64,000 nucleotides of DNA from an uncultured virus (IMG/VR IMGVR_UViG_3300028048_000131) (lineage: Duplodnaviria > Heunggongvirae > Uroviricota > Caudoviricetes), in IMG/VR virus record IMGVR_UViG_3300028048_000131; one strand, written 5' to 3'. Below the pieces are notes generated by a model. The model was not told where the DNA came from, ran no database searches, and saw nothing but the letters and a program-made list of their open reading frames with translations. Position numbers and translations under genes: made by a program. Numbering within the stretch: the first letter of the stretch is position 1; each line of letters begins with the position of its first letter. This document shows positions 19,845 through 31,771 of this stretch, piece by piece.

Positions 19845-20246
19845 TTAGTCAAATAGCTGGTCGATAAGCTTTTTACAGTCTCTTTCGACTTCTTCCATTG
19901 TAACTGCTTTAAAAGATTTTAAATAATCCCCTTCCAACAGGTATTTTGTGTTGCCAAGAAGTAACTTTACAGCTTCTTTGTCAATACCGTCTTCATAATG
20001 GTTACAATCGAACCCTATCCAATATCCTTCTGGTAACTGGATCTTATCATTATGTCCGACATACCGGTAAAAAGTGATTCCCCCGTGGCATAACAATTCC
20101 CCTTTTCTGTTTTCAAATCTTTTAAAGATGCTTTTAGGAACCTCTACGTAGCCGCAGCGATATCCCCATCCAAGAAGACGAACTATATAAGCTATGCCTT
20201 TATAAAGCGCTTCAACTTCATTATAAAATTTCTTCCCTTTTTCCAT
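19845..20246 (-). CDS. conserved phage hypothetical protein
   Basis: GYRCGYV, HGGITF, WIGFDCNH pattern. Confidence 0.7.
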   Translation of the reverse strand: MEKGKKFYNEVEALYKGIAYIVRLLGWGYRCGYVEVPKSIFKRFENRKGELLCHGGITFYRYVGHNDKIQLPEGYWIGFDCNHYEDGIDKEAVKLLLGNTKYLLEGDYLKSFKAVTMEEVERDCKKLIDQLFD

Positions 20247-20581
20247 TAATGTACCTCCTTGTCTGTACCTTCAAGCTCTTCTATAATAATCCCAAGTCTG
20301 TCTGCAAGTTTCTTACAAACAGAACAGGGCTGGATAGGCAGCAGTGTGCCGCCTCTTCCAACCCTTAGGATAACAATTTTGTGGATCGCCTTGCCGAACT
20401 TTCCCATGAGGATACCTTCGGCATGCCGCTGTCTTATGCCAGGAACATCAGAGGGAACACTTAGAGCAGTCCCCAGGACATTTCCTTTCCTAGAATATGC
20501 AATAGCCGCGACCACCTGTACCTTCCATCCGGACGTTTTTCTTTTTAGCGCCCTTCTATGAAGCTTTTGGATGGTCGTCAT
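20246..20581 (-). CDS. cytidine/dCMP deaminase-fold protein
   Basis: HAE ... PCSVC zinc-binding deaminase signature. Confidence 0.7.
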   Translation of the reverse strand: MTTIQKLHRRALKRKTSGWKVQVVAAIAYSRKGNVLGTALSVPSDVPGIRQRHAEGILMGKFGKAIHKIVILRVGRGGTLLPIQPCSVCKKLADRLGIIIEELEGTDKEVH

Positions 20582-20880
20582 TTTTCATCACCATATACGT
20601 GATGAGGGCAATTGCTGCAAGCACTCCAATCCACCAGGGGAGCACTGCAAGCAGGAGGCCTATCACGGCCCCGTAAATGAAGACGTGTTTGTCTTTCATA
20701 TTCTTTTCCCTTTTCTAGAATTTCATCTCTTTTTACTTCCCTTCCGAGATATTCGGAAGCATCTTTTGCCAGTTTATTGATAAGTCTGGTTCTTATTCGT
20801 TTCTCTTTTTCCTTTATTTGGAAAGCCGGATCGTTTCTGAACAGGAAACTTTCCAGTTTGTTTAAAAGCCTTTTGAGCAA
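20578..20880 (-). CDS. hypothetical protein (start uncertain)
   Basis: 100-aa ORF, ATGA overlap with downstream gene. Confidence 0.5.
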   Translation of the reverse strand: MLKRLLNKLESFLFRNDPAFQIKEKEKRIRTRLINKLAKDASEYLGREVKRDEILEKGKEYERQTRLHLRGRDRPPACSAPLVDWSACSNCPHHVYGDEK

Positions 20881-21147
20881 GGGTCAACCTTTTGGTTCGG
20901 TCGACTCCCCGCAGATCTTACGTAGGTGTGTGACGGACGTTTGCGCTACTGGGTTCTATCAGTGGCAAATGTATCCTGTCTTACCAGACGCTCCACGGGA
21001 GCTATTCCAGCTTTAGTAATGAACTTTAATGCAGATTTAGTCATAAGAGAAACCTCCTATAAGTTCTTTACGTCAGCCGCCGTCATTTATATCAGTTTTC
21101 ATCATTATCAGCGTTTTCCTTTCCTGTACCTTCGTGTATCTTTATAT

Positions 21148-22962
21148 ATGAATAAATTAATAACAGCTTTAAGTGAAACTTTACGGGCCATCAGCAGCGG
21201 ACAGCTGAAAACCTTCGTTCCCCTTTTGAACATTTTTACTCTTAGGGGCAAACCCCTTACACTTGCTCTTCACTACCTGTTTGCTCCTCTTTTTAATGTT
21301 ATTTACCCCAAACAGCAGATATGGATGACTGGCCGGCAGGTTGGTAAGACCTATCAGCTCGCTGAGTCCACTGTTATCAGGGCCGGGTTTATTCCGTATT
21401 ATGATATCCTCCATATTTAGCCGCGTGATTAGCAGCGCATGCGCTATCAGGCCACTATCTTGAGACCTCTTGTTGAATCCTCTCCGCTGAAGGATAGAAT
21501 CATTAAACCCTCTTAGCTTTCCAAAGTTCTTCTAAAGCAGTTCCGTACCGGTTCCTTCATGTATCTTGGAACAGCATATGCCAATGCAGACGCTCTTCGC
21601 GGTATCTCCGGATGTGCCCAGATCGTTGTAGACGAGCTTGCCGATGTGGATTATGAATTCATTCCTATCATCAGAGAAGTTATGTCAGCGTCTTTAAGAC
21701 ACGGCTATTCTGTCTATGCAGGTACTCCTACAACTACAGATACCACTTGCGGTATTCTATGGTCTCAGTCCTCACAGTCCGAATGGATAATCAAGTGCCC
21801 TGCATGCAACTTCTAGAATATCCCAAATCCTTAGGAGCACCTTATAAAGATGCTCTGTGACGACGGCATCAAGTGCGCCAAATGCGGAAAGCCCCTCAAG
21901 CCTGAACAAGGAAGATGGGTAGCCGCCATTCCCGACAGAGTTCTCACTTTCCCCGGATATCATATCTCTCAGACCATCCACCCCCTGCATCTTATTGTTG
22001 ATCCTGTTACGGGTGAAAGGCAGAAATGGCGGGATCTGATGTCCAAGGTCAATTCTTATAGTAAACTAAAGCTTTTCAATGAAGTCTTCGGCTGGCCTTA
22101 CGATGAGTCCATCAATCCGCTTACACTGAAGAACCTTGTAGAAGCCCAGCACGATTTTGATATTCAGACTGTAGACGATATTCTAAAATATCAGCACCTT
22201 TACAGATGCTTTGTTATCGGAGTTGACTGGGACGGCGGAGGTGCTGTCTCCTAGTCCTTTACTTCTGCCTGTATAGCCGGTTTCAGGAACGACAGCCAGC
22301 GCATTGATGTTCTCTATGGAAAGAGGTGGCCTAAAGGAAGCTCTCCTACAGATCAGGCTTATTAGCTGATGAAGTGGATCGATCTTCTGAGACCCGAACT
22401 GTTCGCCCACGATAATACCGGTGCGGGCTTTGTAAGGATGTAGATCATGAAGCAAGCTGGCTTGCTCTATACTTCAACCACTCCTGTACCATTCACTTAT
22501 ACAGGTCCCAAGAAGGGCGACATTGTAAGTCTTGACAAAGCTCAGCAGGAAAAGGACTTTTACAACTATACTTTAGATAAGTCCAGAAGTCTTGCTTTGC
22601 TTATACAAACTATAAAAGACGGGAATGTCCGTTTACCGAAGTTCAATGTCGAGGACAAGAGTTAGCTAGCCTACGATTTTCTGGCTCTTAAGGAGTAGCC
22701 CAGAAGTATCAGGGGAGATACTGTGGTGCTGATTGGAAAGAAGCCGGGAGTTTCTGACGACTTTGCTCATGCAGTCAACTTTGCAGTAATGGCACTCTTT
22801 GAAAGATACCATTGTTATCCTATATTAGGAGAGAAATATAATGATGCTTCTCTACTGGAAGCGGAATATTCCAATTTCAGTCCCAGAGCAGAGTTTCAAA
22901 AATTTGTTAATGTAGTGGCTTCAAGACCAATGGTCATACAGCCGCAATAGGAGGATTATTGA
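21148..22962 (+). CDS. terL: terminase large subunit (11 in-frame TAG, 604 aa)
   Basis: Walker A GRQVGKT, Walker B IVVDE, AGTP, CPAC...CAKC zinc ribbon, nuclease GVDWDGG and DDFAHA; five ORF-track fragments share one frame separated only by TAG; the TGA stop overlaps the next ATG. Confidence 0.88.
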
Positions 22963-23324
22963 TGAGTAAAAAAATGTATGCCGATTTTGGTTCATCCAAA
23001 CAAAGCTTTCCCAATGTGCGTTTATTCGAAGCTATCAATGGGAATCTGGTTCTAAGAGGACAGAATGGTGAGAGAGATCATATATATCCCCTTGCTAAAG
23101 CTTGTAAGATGTTCTTTAGAATGTTTGACACATATTCGTATTGGATGCTTCATGGATTTGCTACCCAGTGTGACGAGATGAAACCTGTCTTATATGAACT
23201 GGGCAGGAAAATCCAGGAAGCAGTCGCGGAGAGGCTGGCTGGCAAGGCCGATCCGCCTCCCGCTATTTGTGATGCCAAATTTATGGCGTCTTTAGAAAGA
23301 GCTTTACAAAACTTAAATAATTAA
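22962..23324 (+). CDS. hypothetical protein
   Basis: ATG overlaps terminase TGA; ends TAA. Confidence 0.7.
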   Translation: MSKKMYADFGSSKQSFPNVRLFEAINGNLVLRGQNGERDHIYPLAKACKMFFRMFDTYSYWMLHGFATQCDEMKPVLYELGRKIQEAVAERLAGKADPPPAICDAKFMASLERALQNLNN

Positions 23325-23353
23325 GATCTAAACACCCCCTAGATCTTAATTAG
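23318..23353. terminator. 13-bp hairpin after plus-strand gene
   Basis: TAATTAAGATCTA...TAGATCTTAATTA. Confidence 0.45.
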
Positions 23354-23747
23354 CACCTTATTTTCAAAGTAAGGCGTTTCAATACTCCCGTATCGAGAGC
23401 TTTTCTTTTGTAAAACTTTTAATCAGGATGATCCCGGGTGATGACCGTGGCGGCCTTCAGAGCCGCCTTGGGTCATCTCCGGGTGTTCCTGATAAACTCA
23501 CAGATAGGCATCTGCGAGTTTCTTTGAGTGCCGATTCGGCCTCCTTTCTTTTAAAAGGCAACTTTGGATGGTCTTCAGTGAGCAAGCGTGTGCACGTGGG
23601 GCGCAGCTTTGTTAGCGTCGTCTATACCTGGACGACGCGATCCGAGCAGCGCCCTGTGCACTGCGTTGCGTTCTGAAGTACCACCTTCTGAAAAAGGACA
23701 ACCTTCTTCAGAGTATTCGTAGGACTGAAACGCCTACTCTCCTTGCC

Positions 23748-24056
23748 TTATCTCTTCTTTTTATTTATTGTATCCAGAATCAACTGCTTTACCCAAGCAG
23801 CAGCTCTTCCGTCATCAACAATCTCCTTTATCCAAAAGGTACGATATATTCGTGCCAATGCGACAAAGGAACGCCCCTCTTCATAATAATTGGGATTGAG
23901 GGTTACCTTTCTTTTTCCTCTGCAAATAAGAACCCATACAACTTTTCCTTTATAAGTTAAATGGGTCCTTACTTTTATAAGTTGATTCTTCCACTGTCTG
24001 GCAGGTCTTACAGGCTCTTCTTCTATACCAAGGAGTTTTCTCAGATCTTCTATCAT
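23748..24056 (-). CDS. hypothetical protein
   Basis: 102-aa ORF. Confidence 0.65.
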   Translation of the reverse strand: MIEDLRKLLGIEEEPVRPARQWKNQLIKVRTHLTYKGKVVWVLICRGKRKVTLNPNYYEEGRSFVALARIYRTFWIKEIVDDGRAAAWVKQLILDTINKKKR

Positions 24057-24057
24057 C

Positions 24058-24261
24058 TTAGTTCTCCCAGGCAGTTAGAGCCCCGCCTATCAGTACCATC
24101 CCTGTAAAAGAGATAGTATAAACGAAAATGAAACCGCTCACAAAAGCTTGCCAGTCGTCTGCTCCTGTAAAGATAGCATAAGCCAGTGCCAAGCATGCAG
24201 GAGCTGTCAAAAGGAAAATCGTTTTGATTGTTTCGAGTTTATTTTTAGTCCTAGTAATCAT
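24058..24261 (-). CDS. small membrane protein (2 TM)
   Basis: two hydrophobic segments. Confidence 0.6.
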   Translation of the reverse strand: MITRTKNKLETIKTIFLLTAPACLALAYAIFTGADDWQAFVSGFIFVYTISFTGMVLIGGALTAWEN

Positions 24262-24470
24262 TTCCCCAGCTCCTTCATTCCTGTCGGACCTAAGTTAGAA
24301 ACATCGTCATCCTCATCTTCAAGTCCCAGCGAGATGGCACTAACAGTCAGCCCTCCGAGAGACATCCAGATTACCCAACCGATAAAAACTCCGGTAAGTA
24401 CTGTAAGGGTTAGTACTCCAATAATGATTGCAGAACTAAACCAAAGTGTGAATTTCAAAAATGTTTTCAT
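24258..24470 (-). CDS. small membrane protein
   Basis: long hydrophobic N-terminus, acidic tail, AGGAG RBS. Confidence 0.6.
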   Translation of the reverse strand: MKTFLKFTLWFSSAIIIGVLTLTVLTGVFIGWVIWMSLGGLTVSAISLGLEDEDDDVSNLGPTGMKELGK

Positions 24471-24486
24471 TTATCTTTCTCCTATG

Positions 24487-24603
24487 TTAATCGTCGTCTC
24501 TAATGCCGCGACGTTCTCGATCACGTCGATATTCCGCTTGATCTGCACCCAACATACAAACAACAGCGAGTGCAAATATACCAAAAATAAGTATAGCTTC
24601 CAC
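24487..24603 (-). CDS. small membrane protein (38 aa)
   Basis: GAGGAG RBS, GTG start, EAILIFGIFALAVVCMLG... Confidence 0.45.
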   Translation of the reverse strand: MEAILIFGIFALAVVCMLGADQAEYRRDRERRGIRDDD

Positions 24604-24968
24604 GACTATTCTCCTCTATTAGTTTTTGTCGGTGTTGGGGCTGTTGCTTCAACTCGCATCTTTACTCCTTTGCTGCTTCATGCAGCTTTTCATTTTCAGC
24701 CTGTTAAAAGAAATCCCTCCCAGGACCGGCCAAGTCACTGGGAGGAAGTACCACCTGACAGAAGTAGCTATAACTTTCCGTGCGAATAGAAGGCCGGCAG
24801 CCTCTGAGCTGATGCTCGCGGCCTTCCAGGACACCTCCTGGAAGCTGCGGCTTAGCTCGATGGCAGCCGGGCCTTCGTTTCGTTAAGGAACCATAGTTTG
24901 TTTATGATATCTATGGAACTTTCCAGGGAATCCCCGAAGTTTCTTATAGCCGATTCTGCCTAGGTAGT

Positions 24969-25007
24969 AAAAAAGAAAACAGGTCGGGGAGCCTTTGCGC
25001 TCCCCGA
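24969..25007 (-). terminator. intrinsic terminator
   Basis: TCGGGGAGC/GCTCCCCGA stem followed by a T-rich run on the minus strand. Confidence 0.55.
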
Positions 25008-25203
25008 TGTACTTCGTTCTGCGCCTCTGTTGTTTGGCCTTATCAAAAGACCAAAAATAAAGCGCAGCAACTTTATTTGCCGCACTTGAAGCACAGACCG
25101 AAGTCTGTTAAGGAAATCTAAAATTTCCTCATATTATTATGCCAAAAAAGTACTTATTTTTTAGCTGTTTTATTGCAAAACACTTACATTTTCAACAAGG
25201 CAT

Positions 25204-25851
25204 TTATTTCTGTTCCTTCTGGAAGGGAGAACGCTTATTTTCCATTATCTGCTAGAATCTGCGAAGCTGCTGCATAAGCTGAGACTGCTTATCCTTTATC
25301 CAGCTCTTTATTTCCTGTACATTCTAGTACTGGCGCTTGGAATATGCCTAAAATGCCTAAGTATCTGAAACAAGGTTCTATTGTATGCGCTGCAACTGCT
25401 AAGGCTACAGCGAAGCGAAGGACATGAACTCTGGGAGCTAAGAAATGCCGTCTTTGTTCATAAGCGCCTGGATATACAGCACAATATCTGGATCGAACTG
25501 CTAATCGCTGTCCTAAGCTTCTCCAAGCAGCTATTTCCAGCAGAAAACCGCCCAGCAGCAGTCTTTCAGAGTAACATAGGACAATTCACTCTATTTTACA
25601 GGCTTATTATTGCACAAAGCCGTACATGCAAGAAAAGTTTCTATTGAGTGTGTAAAAAGATTGGTCCCTACCATAGAGAGGCCTGCCTGGAGCTTGTCAA
25701 AGCCCTTTTGGTGCAGCTTGCAGCCGAATTCGTCCTAGAAAGCGTCTCTCAGTATGAGAGGATCCCATTCCAGGCACTCCGGACCGAACGCAGCCATGGC
25801 CGCGAGGGCATATACAGTTACAGAACAGTCTTTTTCTTCAAAAAGATTCAT
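25204..25851 (-). CDS. hypothetical protein (TAG-recoded)
   Basis: ATG overlaps upstream TGA; MNLFEEKD...FGPECLEWDPLILRDAF*DEFG...; 215 aa ending TAA. Confidence 0.75.
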
Positions 25852-26744
25852 TCAAGTGCCTGAATAAGAGCTTTTAGGCCGTTTTCTGACAGAGAAGCTA
25901 CTTTATTGAGGATTTCTTCATCTTTTTCGGTCTTTTCGCCGTATTTTTCCTCGAGGAACTTCTGTACGGCCTCTTTATTCTCCAGAAGAGCCTTTTTAGA
26001 GAGAATAGTAGAGGTGCTTTTTATAGACAGGTAGTCAGAAACCTCGTCAATAAGGTCATTAAATCCATATTTGAAGCAAATATCCTCTGGAGCTTCGATT
26101 TCAGTTCCATAATAACCTGCCAGTTTGTACATATTGTCGATTTCACTGAAAATATCGCACATTTTGGTTGCGACTTTGATAAGCTCTTCCTTATCTTCCA
26201 TTCCTTCCAGTTCACGGTAGGCTTTGTAGAATTTGGAAGAGACTTCTGCTGGCATGTCAATCAATCCGCCACGCTTGCGCATCTGAATAACCATTTCTTC
26301 CGGATCACAGAGTCCTATGCCGGCGAATCTTTCCAGTTTCTGCATAGGAGCACCTTCGAGATCCAGTGCATCGGCCATTTTAAAGAGCTCGGAAGCGATT
26401 TTACGCATAAAGGAGCCGGTGAGAGTCTCTCTGTTGGCGTTCAGAGTATCTACTGCGTTCTGGACATCCTCAATAGAGGCTATTTTGGAGAAAACCACGG
26501 AGTTTCCGTTCTCATCGCTGATAGTAGTGGTCTCAGGAACCGCTTCCATGGGTTCTTCATACTGAAAGTCATGAAGCTTGGCGGACTTGATGAAATTCCC
26601 TGCAATATAATCGATTTGTTCCTAAGAATAGTTGTCAAGGTCCTTTTTGAACTCTTTCCAGGACTGGAGCGCCGCTTCTTTGGTGTGTACCGGATACAGT
26701 TCTTTTCCAGGGTACGCGTAACATTCTTTACTGAGCTTTTCCAT
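25848..26744 (-). CDS. putative virion/head-associated protein (1 in-frame TAG)
   Basis: Extends ORF 25848..26549 upstream through one TAG to MEKLSKECYAYPG...YPVHTKEAA; several K-x-A-S motifs. Confidence 0.7.
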
Positions 26745-27028
26745 TATACAACCTTCTGTTGACGCTCCTGTCAAAACAGGAGCTTGAATATGTTAACACC
26801 TATATAGACAAAATTATTGAGTTTAGACCTCAGAGCGTTTCCTTTAATGGCTGCTGCGTCAGCTGCCATAAAGGAGTGCCCTACCTGTCCGCATAAAAAA
26901 GCGAATAAAAACGCCATTTTGAGAGCTGCCGCACTGCGCCTGCAGTAGAATAAGCAATTCAAAGTGTTTTTGAAAGAACGTTTCGGGCTTCCTGTAATGA
27001 TAGGCGGGATCCTTTTCAAGGAGGATGT

Positions 27029-27424
27029 ATGATAATACAACTGCATACTACTATAAAAAGGTATAAAACAACTCAGAGCAAGTCCTATATCGACATCTCC
27101 TTTATAGCTTAGGTAGAGACCTCTGACAGCTCCTCTGCAGATTCTAACATCTTTGTTCTGTAGAAACTTCCCAAGAATGCCCTGGGAGAAAGCACTTCCA
27201 GATTTAGTCATGTGGCAGATCCTGTCGACATGGAAGACTATCCTGCATAGTAGAACTAGGATATGGCTTATTTTCGTGCGAATGATATTACTTTAAGGGT
27301 TCGCAGCGAGTACCAAGTATAGCGTATCATATAGACCATGCGCAAATAGGTGAAAGCACTTGCTCAGGCACTTACGGTGCTCCCTGAATCAGAACAGTCT
27401 TTTTCCTAGACCTTTGTAGGATGA
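27029..27424 (+). CDS. hypothetical protein (TAG-recoded)
   Basis: AGGAGG RBS; ...FSHVADPVDMEDYPA**N*DMAYFR...; 131 aa ending TGA. Confidence 0.7.
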
Positions 27425-28518
27425 ATCAAAGCGCTTTCTATATCCTTTAAGGAATATGGAGTATCCTCAATAAGTTCGGGGCAAGCACGGAACATCAGCC
27501 GCCTGTTTCTTATCATATTGCTTACACCAGGACAAAATTCCACTAAGAGATCGGCAAGGCTTGCCAAATAACCTTGAAAGAGTGTCTTTTGCGTATCTCC
27601 TGTAACAGGTTGCCTTAGAATGGTTAAAGCTTTTGCTTTAATTGATGCAGGGAGCAGGTAGAGCTTCTACGCCATTTCTGGAGAAAGCTCCAAAGCAAAC
27701 GAATCATCGGGTTCGTTCTAGTCGAGGGCTTCCTATTGCGAAGTTTCTGCTCTGGCTATTTGGATCATATACAATAGATTCCGCAGAGGTATAAAGAGAC
27801 TGTTCTACTTTTTACTCTTGCCTATGCAGAACATGATAAGGTCTTTCAACTCTTTGCAGTCGTCAGGGCACTCTTCAAAAGCTTCCTAAAGATTTGCTAT
27901 AGCAAGCGCTTTATGTTCTTCATATCCCTGTAACACCTAGCATCCTTTTATATATGCCTTGCCGAGCAGTTGCTCAGTATGGGCATAAGAAATGTGTTTC
28001 TATACACAGTCCAGACAAGGCTTCCTATCATAGTCGGCTTTATTGAAGAAACGCGGAAATACATAAGATACCTTCGTCTCTATTTCCCCTGTGGTCGCAG
28101 GATACGGTTTGATATCTTTTTTATAATCTACAGGTTTGAACAGCGCTGTCGCTTCGGGATACTTTTTTGCGATCTTCATTACCTGTGACTTATATGTATT
28201 GTACTGACACTTTGAGCACTTGTTTTTATGCTTCTTTACCCCTTCCAGATACTTTCTGTCTTTTTCCTGGAAAATATCTCCCGGAAGCTGTAGAATCTGC
28301 TCAAATTGCTCTTTGGTCAAGGTCTGTTGTATCTGATTCCTTTGGGCAGCATAATATTCTTCTTCAGTAAGCGCATAGATAGTTCCATTATAAAAGATAA
28401 GCCAGTCACCCGGAGAGATCATATGTACAAGCTGTTGTACAGGGTATCTTCCGGCAGCTAAAGCACTTATACGGGAATCTTGTAACTTGAAAACCTAACT
28501 GTCCACTGTGATCTTCAT
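27364..28518 (-). CDS. hypothetical protein (TAG-recoded)
   Basis: ATGA overlap at start; contains ORF 28000..28422; 384 aa ending TGA. Confidence 0.7.
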
Positions 28519-29213
28519 TCTTCTGCTCCCGCCAGTGCAAAGTCCTCGATACAAGATACTTTAAAAGGTTTCTTAAACTCTTTTTCCAGCTGCTTGAAAG
28601 ATTTTACACTATTGGCATCAGTAGTGTCATATATCATGCGCCTGACTTTCTAAACTTGCTTGTAATGAGCCGCCTTATCCGCCTCTGTCTTAATAGCATA
28701 TCTTCCACCTGAAAACCTGGTATCTGTTAAAATAGCTTTATGCAGATCGGGAAATTCTTTTACAGCGTGTGAAAGATGATACAGCACATTTTGCTTAGAA
28801 CACGGAGGTGTCATTTTAGCCCCTATCTGATAATAAGATAAGTGCGGGTATTGCATCTTCAAATGCAATATTTGATAGAGAGCAGGATAAGTTTTAGCCA
28901 AGTCGGTAAGCTTTAAGACAACGTTGCTTAATACTATAAGGAAGTTCTGCTCACAGGCCTAGATTATAAGCTATACAGCTTCTGGAGACAGTTCGTCTTT
29001 TCCTCCAAGCTCTTTCAGCTAAACCAATTGATCCGGAGATTGTCTGTTCTCATCGACAATCTCATCTATAGCTCCGTCTGTATCGAAGAGCTAGGAATGC
29101 TTATTTGTTTTATTTGTTTCTCGGGTAAGAAAACAGTTGGCACAGGGAGTCTCCTCGTAGGGTTTCCCTTTATACTTCTACAGATCGAACTAAGGACAAG
29201 GACAATTAGGCAT
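28515..29213 (-). CDS. DNA-binding protein with WhiA-like C-terminal HTH (TAG-recoded)
   Basis: AGGAG RBS; N-terminal Cys cluster; LKMQYPHLSYYQIGAKMTPPCSKQNVLYHL resembles the WhiA HTH; 232 aa. Confidence 0.65.
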
Positions 29214-29241
29214 GTATATACTCCTATTAAGCTTTTCTTAA

Positions 29242-29269
29242 AGGTTACATACAGCTTTGTTTTTGTCAA
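29242..29269 (-). promoter_or_regulatory. sigma70-type promoter
   Basis: TTGACA-N16-TAACCT with TG before the -10 box, upstream of the HTH gene. Confidence 0.5.
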
Positions 29270-30249
29270 CCACAGTCCTTCACAGGAAGCCACTATTTTT
29301 TCGCGGAGCCGCCTCTCATGGAGAATACAAAGAGGTCTCCGTCGACTGTACTTGGGATAGACTACTCAGATACCCAGTCACGGAGATCCGCAGGAGAGCA
29401 CTGCCCCTGCACTACGTCTACTGTACTTCTGCTCTAATAGTGTATGGTACCTATTTGTGCGAGTTTCATCCAGCGCTTAGGTGTAGTGGAATAGAAGTCG
29501 TTGTTTTTAGATTTCCAATCAAGAACCGCCCGCCATTCCCCCAGACTGATATCGTAACCAGCGACAGCATATATCTATATAGTTTCAACATCCTATCTTC
29601 CCTGTACAACTTCATCGAACAGCCCGGGTACCAATAACTATATAGGAGTCTGATCTGCTCCAACCTATACATAAACAGCCCCTCCCTACACAGAGAAAGT
29701 GACCTAATTCAAATTCTGTGAAAAAGCTGTTATTTTGAATCCGTCGCAACCGGAGTGTATGCTGCCGCGCACAGAAGTACTGCCGCCTTTAGGCTCTGAA
29801 AGAGCAACTGTAGGAACTGCCTATAATGGAACAGGATAGAAGCTGCTGAGCTCTGCACTGGGTAACAAAATACCCGGAGCCTAAATTCTATTCTCAGTAT
29901 AACATTGTATACAACTGTTAAAATCACTTTGCTGGGCAATAAAATCCTGATTATCTTTGACCTTAGAAAATGTATTGGTCAATCCACCTGTCTAGAAAGG
30001 ATCGTACGTAGTTACACAGCATCCCTGCTTCCATATCTATACATTACTCAGATCCAAGAAGTCCGTACTTTGTATTACAGACTTAAATCCTACAGGAAGA
30101 TTGTAAAAGTTATTATCTACAGGTCTGGCTGTAGCGGTCTGATCGTAGTTTGTATTATCACAAACAGGCTAGTTAAGTACAGGTGATTGTCGTATACCTG
30201 TACAAGTATATTCAGTGTAGCCGCACCTGGATTTAGGGAGTCTGTACAT
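29266..30249 (-). CDS. putative tail/baseplate-associated protein (TAG-recoded)
   Basis: 327-aa frame open except for TAG; end of the tail operon. Confidence 0.65.
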
Positions 30250-30994
30250 TTTTCTAAGGCCTCTATATAACCAGGTTCAACGTGTCGTTCGATAATGTAG
30301 TTTTCATATACATGCTGGCGGAAACTTCCAACAGAATCTGATCCGCCTGCCCGTTTATAGTACGCAAGCCATAATAATAAGAGTCTGAATGATATGAATC
30401 CGATGTACAATCAGCTATTCGGTGTCTAATATAAGAGACAGAAGTCTTGTCCACTCCCATGCCGGAGCCAGCGGAAAAAATAACCGCCCCCGACTGCTAA
30501 TCTATAAAAGGTATAAAATTATAGCCGGAGATAAAGTGAGGCTATACAAGGACATCCGCAATTATTTCACTATCGCTTGTCTAAGGCTAGCCAATCTAAG
30601 CCTTTGCTTTTATACCTCTAGAGCTGATTGATAATTTTAACTCAGTAGGAATACAAACCACCGTCTATGGTAACAGGCGCAGTCTGCCCGTACCCTGCAC
30701 TGTAACAGGAGAGGAAAACTATATAAAAGAATTCCTTCTGTCTATATTCTCTCCCTGAAAGATACCTGTGCTGCTTATTTGAATTACAGTAGTTGCAAGA
30801 GATCTCGTCTTCGTCAACTAGCAAGTAATACCTGAAGAAGAGAACTCAGTAACAAAAGCCTATACAGGCTAGTCTGAATAGAAAAATATTCGAATATCCT
30901 TTATACTCTCAGCAAAGCTTTTCGCAGTTAAATCGGAAGGAGAGAGCTATAAAAAAGGATACTGAATTTTAGTGTTTTGTATCTCAGGTAGCAT
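30233..30994 (-). CDS. putative baseplate/tail protein (TAG-recoded)
   Basis: N-terminal QYPF motif; includes ORF 30263..30460 (LRTING). Confidence 0.6.
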
Positions 30995-31751
30995 CTGTAA
31001 CTCCTGTCAGACTTATTTTGCCCTATGTTGTCTATACCCGTAAATCCGCTAAAGGTCTTGATTTTATTATGAGTGTTTTGTTTGCCAGGTCTACACCGTT
31101 TACATATTTCAGCTTTGTTTTATTTTCATAAGTATAGGCATAGTCCCCAAGCACATTTATTCGTACCGGCATTCCAGTGCCTTTAAAAGCTGGGCCCTAC
31201 TGCTAAGCTATATCTAAGCCATAATTAGGGAGCTCTTCTGGGTTACCGGCATATTCTGTATTTCTCTAAAAATTAATATGCACATCGTTACCTGCATATA
31301 CACCGTTTACAGAGAGTCCTGAGAAGAAATCATAATAACAGCAGGTTATTACTGTATCACTTAAAATAAGAGAGGAAGATACCAGCTAAAGGCCGTTATA
31401 GAAATTCGTTTTGATTATGTCAAACAGCCAGGAGTACAAAGCAGGATCTGTGTATACGGCACCTCCTATACAGTGTGCTTTATTCTATATATAAGCACTT
31501 TCTGCCTAAATGACTATCTTGCTGATAAAAGTACCCTGCCAGTCAACTATATCCAGACAGACTGCTTTCTATTCTATGTATATCTTATTTATATATAGAG
31601 GAAATACACACTTTCCAACTACTACAGACAAGGACTTTATCCATGCTACAGGAAAAGTATAAATATCCAGTTTGAGTGTAGAAGAAGGATCAAAAGGATA
31701 CTTAGAAAACTATCTCTTATTGGCTTCTTCTATGTTTTGATATGTAGCCAT
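30984..31751 (-). CDS. putative baseplate/tail protein (TAG-recoded)
   Basis: N-terminal KYPF motif, SVNGV/YVNGV repeats; 255 aa ending TGA. Confidence 0.65.
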
Positions 31752-31771
31752 CACAGTTACCTTTATTCATA

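Noticed and set aside
26771..27211. 146-aa minus-strand ORF
   Set aside because: Overlaps the better supported plus-strand gene 27029..27424 and the divergent intergenic region.
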